This document shows positions 20,953 through 28,725 of a DNA stretch of 64,000 nt, piece after piece. The position numbers and the translations under genes were made by a program. Origin of the DNA: Oculatellaceae cyanobacterium bins.114 (GTDB lineage: Bacteria > Cyanobacteriota > Cyanobacteriia > Elainellales > Elainellaceae); NCBI GenBank assembly GCA_033764315.1, contig JANRJA010000065.1, forward strand, positions 21,794 through 85,793. The letters run 5' to 3'. Position 1 is the stretch's first letter. Every line of letters begins with the position of its first letter. The notes under the pieces are model-generated. The model saw only the letters and a program-made list of their open reading frames with translations. It had not been told where the DNA came from and did not search any database.

Positions 20953-21687
20953 ATGTATGAGTATCGTCGGCTAACACCAGAGCAACGAGCCGAAATTGTT
21001 CAACAACGCTTAGCTAAGGGCTATCCACCCCACAGCCCACCTCACCCCATTCAGGATCAAGCGTTTTACTTGTTGACAGCAGCTTGCTACGAACATAAAT
21101 GCCATATTAAGAGTGAAGAACGACGCAAACAGCTTTTGGATTTGCTGTTTGAGCAGTTTACAGATCGTGGTGTTGAGCTACGAGGCTGGGTAATCTTGCC
21201 CAATCACTATCATGTGTTGGTTTATTTGGGTGATTTTGATGAGGGCTTAAGCCCTCACTACAAACAAGATAAACACGCTTGTAGTAAAGGCTTTAGCCCT
21301 TATGAACAAATAGGGAAAGTTTTACAACGAGTACACGGCTCTACATCTCGACAGTGGAACTTGGAAGATCACGCAGTCGGTCGGAAAGTTTGGTATGCCT
21401 ATAGCGATCGCGCTATTCGCTCTGAACGGCATTACTACACGACACTAAATTATATTCACTACAACCCAGTTAAACACGAATGGTCAAAATCACCCTATGA
21501 GTGGATTTGTAGTAGTGTGCATTGGTATTTGGAGCAGCAAGGACGTGATTTTTTACGGGATGCTTGGGTGCGCTATCCCATCAAAGACTATGGAAGAGAA
21601 TGGGATGAATTTTTAATGCCTGAACATGCCTCGCTAAAGCGAGAACTACAAACCTATTCAGGAGAAGACCTATGGCAGAGCGAATAA
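20953..21687 (+). CDS. REP-associated tyrosine transposase (RAYT, HUH Y1 / IS200-like)
   Basis: YLLTAAC, WVILPNHYH (HUH), DRAIRSE, NYIHYNPVKH, W..SS; GGAGG RBS before ATG 20953; adjacent GTAG hairpins. Confidence 0.9.
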   Translation: MYEYRRLTPEQRAEIVQQRLAKGYPPHSPPHPIQDQAFYLLTAACYEHKCHIKSEERRKQLLDLLFEQFTDRGVELRGWVILPNHYHVLVYLGDFDEGLSPHYKQDKHACSKGFSPYEQIGKVLQRVHGSTSRQWNLEDHAVGRKVWYAYSDRAIRSERHYYTTLNYIHYNPVKHEWSKSPYEWICSSVHWYLEQQGRDFLRDAWVRYPIKDYGREWDEFLMPEHASLKRELQTYSGEDLWQSE

Positions 21688-21896
21688 AAGTTTGGTTTGA
21701 CCCGGAAGCTGATTTTTTAGAGGTGATTTTCTCGGATGCTCCAGGCTATATGCAGGAAACCGAAAACGATGCCGTTATGGAGCGTGTCGATTTAGAGGGC
21801 AACCTGCTCGGCTTCTCCATTTTGGCGGTTAGTCAGCTTGCCAAATCAAAACCATTGATTGCGGAGTTGTTATCAGAAAGAGGAAGTGCGGCTTAG
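21672..21896 (+). CDS. DUF2283-like small protein
   Basis: KVWFDPEADFLEV...D.EGNLLGFSI pattern. Confidence 0.75.
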   Translation: MAERIKVWFDPEADFLEVIFSDAPGYMQETENDAVMERVDLEGNLLGFSILAVSQLAKSKPLIAELLSERGSAA

Positions 21897-21909
21897 AGGA
21901 GATGATGCA

Positions 21910-22251
21910 GTGGATAAGCTAGAAAACTATCGTCAGATCATTCAAAAGCTTCTGACTGACTATCAGCACTGGGCAATGGGTGCCAATCAGCCTGGAATTC
22001 AGCAATGTGTTGGCTTTGATGAAGAACACGACCACTATTTCTGGTTTCATGTGGGCTGGGATGGTAAGCGGCGAGATTTTGGAGTGACCGTTTACCTCCG
22101 CCTTGAAAACGGCAAAATTTGGATCGAAGAAGACTGGACAAAACAGGGCATCGCCAATGATGTACTAGAAGCTGGAGTCCCTGCCGAAGACATTGTTCTG
22201 GGCTTTCAGCATCCCAGCAAGCGTCCCCTGACAGAATTTGCTATTGCTTAA
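21910..22251 (+). CDS. xisI: XisI family protein
   Basis: DKLENYRQII, FDEEHDHY, GKIWIEEDWT, LEAGVP.EDIVLGF; probable GTG start. Confidence 0.88.
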   Translation: MDKLENYRQIIQKLLTDYQHWAMGANQPGIQQCVGFDEEHDHYFWFHVGWDGKRRDFGVTVYLRLENGKIWIEEDWTKQGIANDVLEAGVPAEDIVLGFQHPSKRPLTEFAIA

Positions 22252-22280
22252 TATTCACAATAATTGCAAGGAGGTAATTC

Positions 22281-22862
22281 GTGTCTACAGCAATCGAATT
22301 AAAAACTGATAAAAAGGTTTGGACAGATGAAGAATTTATGGCATTGCCTAAAGATGGGCATCGCTATGAGATCGTGAACGGAGAATTGGTTGACATGGGA
22401 AATTCAGGAGCATTGCATGGCAATCTTGCTATTATTCTAAGCTCTGCTCTTTTTGCTACTGTTAATGCTCAAAAACTAGGATCTTTGTTTGATTCTAGTA
22501 CCGCCTTCAAGATGAAAAATGATAATAAACGCTCTCCTGACATTTCCTTCTTTGCCAAAGAGCGTTTACAAGGCATGACCGAATTGCCAACTGGCTTCCT
22601 AGAAGGCGCACCTGATCTTGCGGTGGAAATTTTATCTCCTGGCAACACAGTAGAGGAGATAGAAACAAAAATTACTGAGTATTTTGACAATGGTGCCCGC
22701 TTAGTTTGGATGATTAGCCCAACTCAGCACTATGTCCTTGTCTACCGCTGTGCCCAAGAACCCGATCGCCTGCTGAAATCGGTTGATTCTCTGGATGGAG
22801 AAGAGGTGATTCCCGGATTTACGTTCCCCGTGGCTGATCTATTTCAAAAGCTCTCATTCTGA
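22281..22862 (+). CDS. Uma2 family (DUF820) endonuclease-fold protein
   Basis: YEIVNGEL, RSPDISF, APDLAVEILSPGN, Y..NGARLVW. Confidence 0.9.
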   Translation: MSTAIELKTDKKVWTDEEFMALPKDGHRYEIVNGELVDMGNSGALHGNLAIILSSALFATVNAQKLGSLFDSSTAFKMKNDNKRSPDISFFAKERLQGMTELPTGFLEGAPDLAVEILSPGNTVEEIETKITEYFDNGARLVWMISPTQHYVLVYRCAQEPDRLLKSVDSLDGEEVIPGFTFPVADLFQKLSF

Positions 22863-22867
22863 TTTTC

Positions 22868-25800
22868 ATGACCTCCTCCACCCTCAACCCCACCGTTCTC
22901 GAACCCCTGTTTGCCCCCTGGCAGGAACCCAACACCCATCGCGTTCGGGCAGAAAAATCCGGCGACCCCGCTGTAGTGAAACAGGGACGCAGAGCCTCCC
23001 CGATTGAGGTGGTCAATAACCTGCGAGCAGCCGTGCGAGAGTGGCGGGAAGCCTTTTACATCGGAGCCAGCGACACCACGATTCAACTGCTCAACCACTG
23101 GTTTAACCGCGCCCATCGCAAAATCACCCCCGATGGTGAAGAATTTGAGTTTCGTTACTACTTCTGTCAGCGAGAAGCTGTCGAAACCCTGATCTACCTT
23201 AAAGAAGTCCGTCGTATCGAATGCCTATCCCAAATCATTGCCGAATTTGGCGGCGTGAATGCCGAATTGCAGGCATTGGGCATCACCGAAGACGAAGATG
23301 CCTGGAGCCGCTATGCCTTCAAACTGGCAACCGGGGCAGGCAAAACTAAAGTCATGAGCCTGTGCATCGTCTGGAGCTACTTCCACGCCCTGCGAGAATC
23401 TGACTCGGAGATGGCGCGGCATTTTGTCGTGATCGCCCCCAACCTGACCGTTTACGAACGGCTCAAAGACGACTTTGCTAACGGGCGCGTGTTCGATGAA
23501 GACCCCCTGATTCCCCCAGAGTGGCGCGGCGACTGGAATTTATCTGTTGTTCTCCAGGACGAAGCCAGTGGTGCGGCAACGGGTGGAACCCTCTATCTCA
23601 CCAATATCCACCGCCTCTACGACACGTCTAAACGCAAAAAGAACGCTGACGAAGACAATTACACCTGGATGGGACCTGTGGTGTCTAAGTCAAAAGCTCT
23701 CGATACCGGAGCCGCTTTACGAGACAGAATCACCGCCCATCGTCGGGTCATGGTTCTCAACGACGAAGCCCACCACGTCTGGGATTCTGGCTCCGCCTGG
23801 AACGAAGCCATCCGTACCCTGCATGAAACCATCCTGGCTCGCAGCGGTTGCAAGCTGGTGGCACAACTCGACTTTTCCGCCACCCCCAAAGATAACAAGG
23901 GGCTATTGTTCAAACACATCGTTTGCGATACGCCCCTCGGTGAAGCAGTGGATGCCGGAATTGTCAAAACCCCACTAATTGGGCAAGCCAGCCGCAAGCT
24001 GGTCGAACAAGCCGACGACAACGCCGCCTATCGCTGGGAGCAGCATTTACTCTTGGGCTACGAACGCTGGAAAGCCAGCCAAGCCGAATGGCAAGCCAGT
24101 GGCAAAAAGCCGCTCCTGTTCATCATGTGCGATGACACCGATGCCGCCGATCAGATTACTCAACGCTTCAACACCGACCCACTGTTTGAGCAACTCAACG
24201 GCAAAACCATTAACTTGCACACTAACCTGAAGGGCAAGTTGAAAAAAGTGGGACGGGGGAAAGAGGCGCGATATGAATTTGTGGAAGACGAAAAAGCCAT
24301 CAGTGACGATGACCTGAAGGCATTGCGAAAACTCAGCCGAGAACTGGATAGCAACGCCAGTCCTTATTTCTGCATTGTCTCAGTGCTGATGCTGCGGGAA
24401 GGCTGGGACGTGCGAAATGTGACGACGATCGTGCCTCTGCGTCCCTATAGTTCCAAAGCCAACATCCTACCCGAACAAACCCTGGGGCGAGGCTTGCGCC
24501 GCATGACTCCCCCTGGTCAAGCCAATGAACTGGTGACGGTGGTAGAACATCCCGCCTTTGCCAGCCTCTATCAGCAAGAACTGGCACAGGAAGGCTTGCC
24601 CCTGGAAATTGTGGAACTCGATCGCGTTCCGGCTACAACGATTTCTATCTTCCCCGACGAAGTCCACAAGGATGTGAATACCCTGAATATCCAGATTCCC
24701 ACCCTTTCCGCTGGCTTTCGGATTGTTCCCAAGCTGGAAGGCTTAACGATTCAGGATGTGAAAAAAGCCTTTAAACCCTACAAACTGTTGCCGTTGGGGA
24801 TGACTAAAGTCATCACTACGAACGAGTTTGTAGTAACCACTCCAGTGGTTGATGAGACTACTGATGAGACGACTAAAGTCGTCACTACGAAAGAGTTTGT
24901 AGTAACCACTTCAGTGGTTGATGAGACTACTGATGAGACGACTAAAGTCGTCACTACGAACAATACGATCGCGTATGAGGGGCGGCATCTGTTTACGGGG
25001 GAAGTCGTCGAAAAAATGCAGTTGAATTTGCCGCTCCTGGAGTCGGGCATTGGCGCGGTTTCCTACTATGTCAAACAACTGGAAACTATTTGCAAGCTGC
25101 GGGGACTCCATCCCATCCTCGCTCCCCTGATTCAGACCTTTTTAGAAGAGATCTTGTTTGAGCAGAAAACTACATTGTTTGATCCGGTTCTGGTGGCTCG
25201 GTTAGCCGACTCTGATGTGGGCGAACATCTGCGGGCAGTGTTTGTGCCTCTAATTCGCAGCCGCACTACTACCTCAGAAGAACGGCTGATCGTCGAACCG
25301 CCCAAATCTCTCAACGCCTGGAAACCCTTTCAAGTCACCCTCAGTGAACGCCGTCCTGCCCTGGAAGCCGCAAAGACCCTGTTTAACCTCGTCACCTGCA
25401 ACCGAGAGTTAGAAGTAGCCGTAGCAAAGTTTTGCGATCGCGCCCCCGATGTGGCTGCCTTTGCCAAAAATGCCGGATCGCAGTGTTTGCGAGTGGACTA
25501 TCTCGCCAATGGCGATCGCCTCGCCTTCTATACCCCAGACTTCTTCATTCGTACCCTTGATAGTCACTACTACCTGGTCGAAACCAAAGGGCGAGAAGAT
25601 CGGGATGTGCCGTTGAAAGCCAAAGCGGCGATCGCTTGGTGCGAGGCTGCTTCTGGGGTGACGACTGAAGTCGCCACTACAAACCAAAACGTTCGTAGTG
25701 CTGACTTTAGTCAGCAAAAAGCAGGCACATGGCACTATCTCTACATTCCTCAAGGGGTCTTTGAACGGATGGCAGGTGATACCATTGCCGAACTTGCCCG

Positions 25801-26479
25801 CGCCTGTGCCCCCGCCTTACAAAACCTGCTCCAATCTGAGGAGTTTCAAGACTTGCCGCTGTTTGTAAATTTGGGACAGGTGGATGAAGAAGCCTCCGCT
25901 GTCGATAGCCTGATTGATCCAGCGATTCTCAATGCTCTGCCTTCTCGCTATCGCCGCGCCGCCGATCAAGCCGTTATGCTCTATCGCTTTTTTGAAAACA
26001 AAGAGGGCATGAATTATGCTCCTGTCTTTACCGCTCTACTCGGCTCGATTGACGAGGTGGCTAAAGGTTTCCTGGTAAGGCGATTGCAGCCAGAAATGCC
26101 CGTCACCGTGGATAGCCAAAAAGCCTGGTTTACTCCCTATTTGGGCAACGTAGACCGCAAATCAGAGGACTATTACCGCAAACTGGCACAAAATTTGAAA
26201 CGGACGTTAGTCTTCAATAATGGCTTGTCGCTGATTGGTTTGCTGCGATCGTGTCTAGACTATGCGCTGAATGACACCACAAAAATCGGGGGTGTATTCG
26301 AGGCGTTGCAAACTCAGTTACGGGTTCAGGGCGGACGCAAGTTTTTAGAAACTGTCACCCGTATCAACGACTTTCGGAACACCTACATTGCTCACCAGGA
26401 ACAAGAGTTAACCGATAAAAATTTAGCCGAGCAAGAACTCAAAATCTGGATCGAGGCATTGCATATGATTGGAAAATAA
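22868..26479 (+). CDS. Type III-like restriction subunit (SF2 helicase + PD-(D/E)xK nuclease)
   Basis: LATGAGKT, VLNDEAHH, FSATP, LREGWDV, EQTLGRGLR, YTPDF...LVETKG. Confidence 0.9.
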   Translation: MTSSTLNPTVLEPLFAPWQEPNTHRVRAEKSGDPAVVKQGRRASPIEVVNNLRAAVREWREAFYIGASDTTIQLLNHWFNRAHRKITPDGEEFEFRYYFCQREAVETLIYLKEVRRIECLSQIIAEFGGVNAELQALGITEDEDAWSRYAFKLATGAGKTKVMSLCIVWSYFHALRESDSEMARHFVVIAPNLTVYERLKDDFANGRVFDEDPLIPPEWRGDWNLSVVLQDEASGAATGGTLYLTNIHRLYDTSKRKKNADEDNYTWMGPVVSKSKALDTGAALRDRITAHRRVMVLNDEAHHVWDSGSAWNEAIRTLHETILARSGCKLVAQLDFSATPKDNKGLLFKHIVCDTPLGEAVDAGIVKTPLIGQASRKLVEQADDNAAYRWEQHLLLGYERWKASQAEWQASGKKPLLFIMCDDTDAADQITQRFNTDPLFEQLNGKTINLHTNLKGKLKKVGRGKEARYEFVEDEKAISDDDLKALRKLSRELDSNASPYFCIVSVLMLREGWDVRNVTTIVPLRPYSSKANILPEQTLGRGLRRMTPPGQANELVTVVEHPAFASLYQQELAQEGLPLEIVELDRVPATTISIFPDEVHKDVNTLNIQIPTLSAGFRIVPKLEGLTIQDVKKAFKPYKLLPLGMTKVITTNEFVVTTPVVDETTDETTKVVTTKEFVVTTSVVDETTDETTKVVTTNNTIAYEGRHLFTGEVVEKMQLNLPLLESGIGAVSYYVKQLETICKLRGLHPILAPLIQTFLEEILFEQKTTLFDPVLVARLADSDVGEHLRAVFVPLIRSRTTTSEERLIVEPPKSLNAWKPFQVTLSERRPALEAAKTLFNLVTCNRELEVAVAKFCDRAPDVAAFAKNAGSQCLRVDYLANGDRLAFYTPDFFIRTLDSHYYLVETKGREDRDVPLKAKAAIAWCEAASGVTTEVATTNQNVRSADFSQQKAGTWHYLYIPQGVFERMAGDTIAELARACAPALQNLLQSEEFQDLPLFVNLGQVDEEASAVDSLIDPAILNALPSRYRRAADQAVMLYRFFENKEGMNYAPVFTALLGSIDEVAKGFLVRRLQPEMPVTVDSQKAWFTPYLGNVDRKSEDYYRKLAQNLKRTLVFNNGLSLIGLLRSCLDYALNDTTKIGGVFEALQTQLRVQGGRKFLETVTRINDFRNTYIAHQEQELTDKNLAEQELKIWIEALHMIGK
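24799..24957. repeat. In-frame REP-like cluster inside res (5 alternating hairpins, 69-bp period)
   Basis: Hairpins at 24799(-), 24830(+), 24868(-), 24899(+), 24937(-); Thr/Val-rich peptide insert. Confidence 0.92.
25660..25716. repeat. Second in-frame REP pair inside res
   Basis: 25660-25680(-) and GTAGTGCTGACTTTAGTCAGCA at 25695-25716(+). Confidence 0.88.
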
Positions 26480-26734
26480 ATAAGATACGCGATGTGCAAC
26501 TTAGGGGTTTAGATCCCCGGTTGCTCGTTCAGCATCCTCAAATTGGTCTGATTCGCGTCATAGCAACCGGGGAGCTGGGAAGGTCGCACACGGGAAATAA
26601 GATGCAATTGCCAAGCAAGGCAACCAATCGATTTTTGACACCAGTTTTTTGTTTGCGTTGACTGCTTAGAGCGATCGCCCCTTGTTGATTCCAGGCTTAA
26701 AACGTCCTAATGATCATAACTAACGCTATAACTC

Positions 26735-26901
26735 TAACGTCAGTTCGGTTTAAGCAGCCCAGCGAATCAATTCGCGACTACCAGAGCAAAGTCCGCCGTC
26801 GCGGACTACCAACATCAAAGATTGACTGAACCGACGCAAGTCGGTTTTGCTTGTGTAGCAGCGGTTTCAACCGCCAAAATCCTTATCCTGAACTCAGGTT
26901 A
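26735..26901. mobile_element. ~167-bp MITE/REPIN-like non-autonomous element
   Basis: Imperfect TIRs TAACGTCAGTTCGG / CCTGAACTCAGGTTA, TA ends, two opposed GTAG hairpins inside; partial second copy at 18427. Confidence 0.6.
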
Positions 26902-27042
26902 ACGCTATGTAAAGGCAAGACCTGAAACTCAGCCTCAGACCTGTTGCAAAGAGCGATCGCCTTTTTTACCTACTTCCAGAAATACCTTTAAGCTCTGCAA
27001 TGATGGGAAAGTGAATAGAAGCGAGTCCAATTACCCCTAACT

Positions 27043-27612
27043 ATGCAGGTTTTGTTTCTGGGTCCACCTCATCCAGCGTTACAACATTTTCTAGAGAGCT
27101 GTGGCGATCGCGTTACAACTACAGAAGAGAAAATCAGTACTAGTTCTGAATTCCTTGCCAAGACCGATTTCATCGTCAGTTATCGATATCGACATATCCT
27201 AAAACAGGATGTGCTGAGCCAGTTTTTGAATCGAGCGATTAACATCCATATTTCATTCCTTCCCTGGAATCGCGGGTCTGATCCAAACCTATGGAGTTTT
27301 CTGGAAGACACTCCAAAAGGCGTGACGATTCACTATATAAACTCCGGGATTGATACTGGGGATATCTTAGTGCAACAAGCAGTTAGTTTTTCTGACCAAG
27401 ACACATTACGAACCAGTTATGAGAAACTAACACAGGTAGCTGAGGCGTTATTTAAAGCTCATTGGTTAGCCATTCGAGATGGAACGCTTCAACCATGTCC
27501 TCAGGTAGGGGAAGGTTCTTATCATCGCACCCGCGATCGCGCTCCCTATGAACATCTTTTAACCCAAGGTTGGGATACTCCTGTTTGTAGTTTGATTGGA
27601 AAAGCTCTTTAA
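27043..27612 (+). CDS. Formyltransferase (Fmt/PurN N-terminal-like)
   Basis: VSYRYRHIL, INIHISFLPWNRG, GVTIH...IDTGDI. Confidence 0.9.
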   Translation: MQVLFLGPPHPALQHFLESCGDRVTTTEEKISTSSEFLAKTDFIVSYRYRHILKQDVLSQFLNRAINIHISFLPWNRGSDPNLWSFLEDTPKGVTIHYINSGIDTGDILVQQAVSFSDQDTLRTSYEKLTQVAEALFKAHWLAIRDGTLQPCPQVGEGSYHRTRDRAPYEHLLTQGWDTPVCSLIGKAL

Positions 27613-27635
27613 GATACTCCTTTTTATCCTCCGTT

Positions 27636-28691
27636 ATGATGCAACAGCCGATTCACATCGCTAATCGAACCGTTGGGCAAGAACACCCTCCGTTCATTAT
27701 TGCGGAGATGTCAGGCAACCATAACCAATCGTTAGAACGGGCATTAGATTTAGTTGAAGCCGCGGCCAAAGCTGGAGCACACGCCCTAAAGTTGCAAACC
27801 TACACGGCTGATACGATTACCCTTGATGTCAAAGAGGGGGAGTTTTTTATTGCTGACCCCAATAGTCTGTGGAAAGGCAACTCTCTGTATCAGCTCTATC
27901 AGCAAGCTTATACCCCCTGGGAGTGGCACAAACCGATCTTAGAGCGATGCCGTGAACTGGGCATGATTGGCTTCAGTACACCTTTTGACGAGACAGCGGT
28001 AGATTTTTTAGAATCCCTGGATGTGCCGCTTTACAAAATCGCCTCGTTTGAGAATGTCCACCTGCCCCTGATTCGCAAAGTGGCACAAACGGGGAAGCCG
28101 ATGATTATCTCAACGGGCATGGCAGCGATCGCCGAACTGGATGAAGCCGTTCGTGCTGCACGAGAGGCAGGATGTCAAGACTTAGTCCTGCTGAAATGTA
28201 CCAGTTCTTATCCCGCAACCCCAGAGAACTCTAATTTGCTCACTATTCCCCATCTACAACAGTTGTTTGACGTGCAGGTGGGGCTATCCGACCACACGAT
28301 GGGCATTGGGGCGGCGATCGCCAGTGTCGCTCTGGGAGCTACCGTGATTGAAAAACACTTTACCTTGAGACGGGCTGACGGTGGGGTAGACTCAGCTTTC
28401 TCAATGGAACCGGAAGAAATGCAACAACTCGTGATAGAGTCCGAAAGAGCATGGCAGGCGTTAGGTAAAGTGCAGTATGGATCCACTGAAGCTGAGAAAA
28501 AATCGATGGTATTCAGGCGATCGCTCTATGTGGCTCAAGACATGAAAGCGGGCGATCGGTTTACCCCGGAAAATTTGCGAGCGGTGCGACCGGGTTTTGG
28601 ATTGCCACCCAAGTACTATGAAATGCTCCTGGGTAGAGCCATTAAACAGGATACCAAGAAAGGAACTCCCCTAAACTGGGGTCTGCTTTAA
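27636..28691 (+). CDS. pseI: Pseudaminic acid synthase
   Basis: IIAEMSGNHNQS, KLQTYT, KIASFE, LKCTSSYP, GLSDHT, IEKHFT, C-terminal SAF domain. Confidence 0.93.
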   Translation: MMQQPIHIANRTVGQEHPPFIIAEMSGNHNQSLERALDLVEAAAKAGAHALKLQTYTADTITLDVKEGEFFIADPNSLWKGNSLYQLYQQAYTPWEWHKPILERCRELGMIGFSTPFDETAVDFLESLDVPLYKIASFENVHLPLIRKVAQTGKPMIISTGMAAIAELDEAVRAAREAGCQDLVLLKCTSSYPATPENSNLLTIPHLQQLFDVQVGLSDHTMGIGAAIASVALGATVIEKHFTLRRADGGVDSAFSMEPEEMQQLVIESERAWQALGKVQYGSTEAEKKSMVFRRSLYVAQDMKAGDRFTPENLRAVRPGFGLPPKYYEMLLGRAIKQDTKKGTPLNWGLL

Positions 28692-28725
28692 CTTAAGAAT
28701 AAAGGTTAAAACAAACGATTGTTCT

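Noticed and set aside
24799..24960. Intein in Res
   Set aside because: No C/S start or HN-C/S/T end; insert is fully explained by REP repeats.
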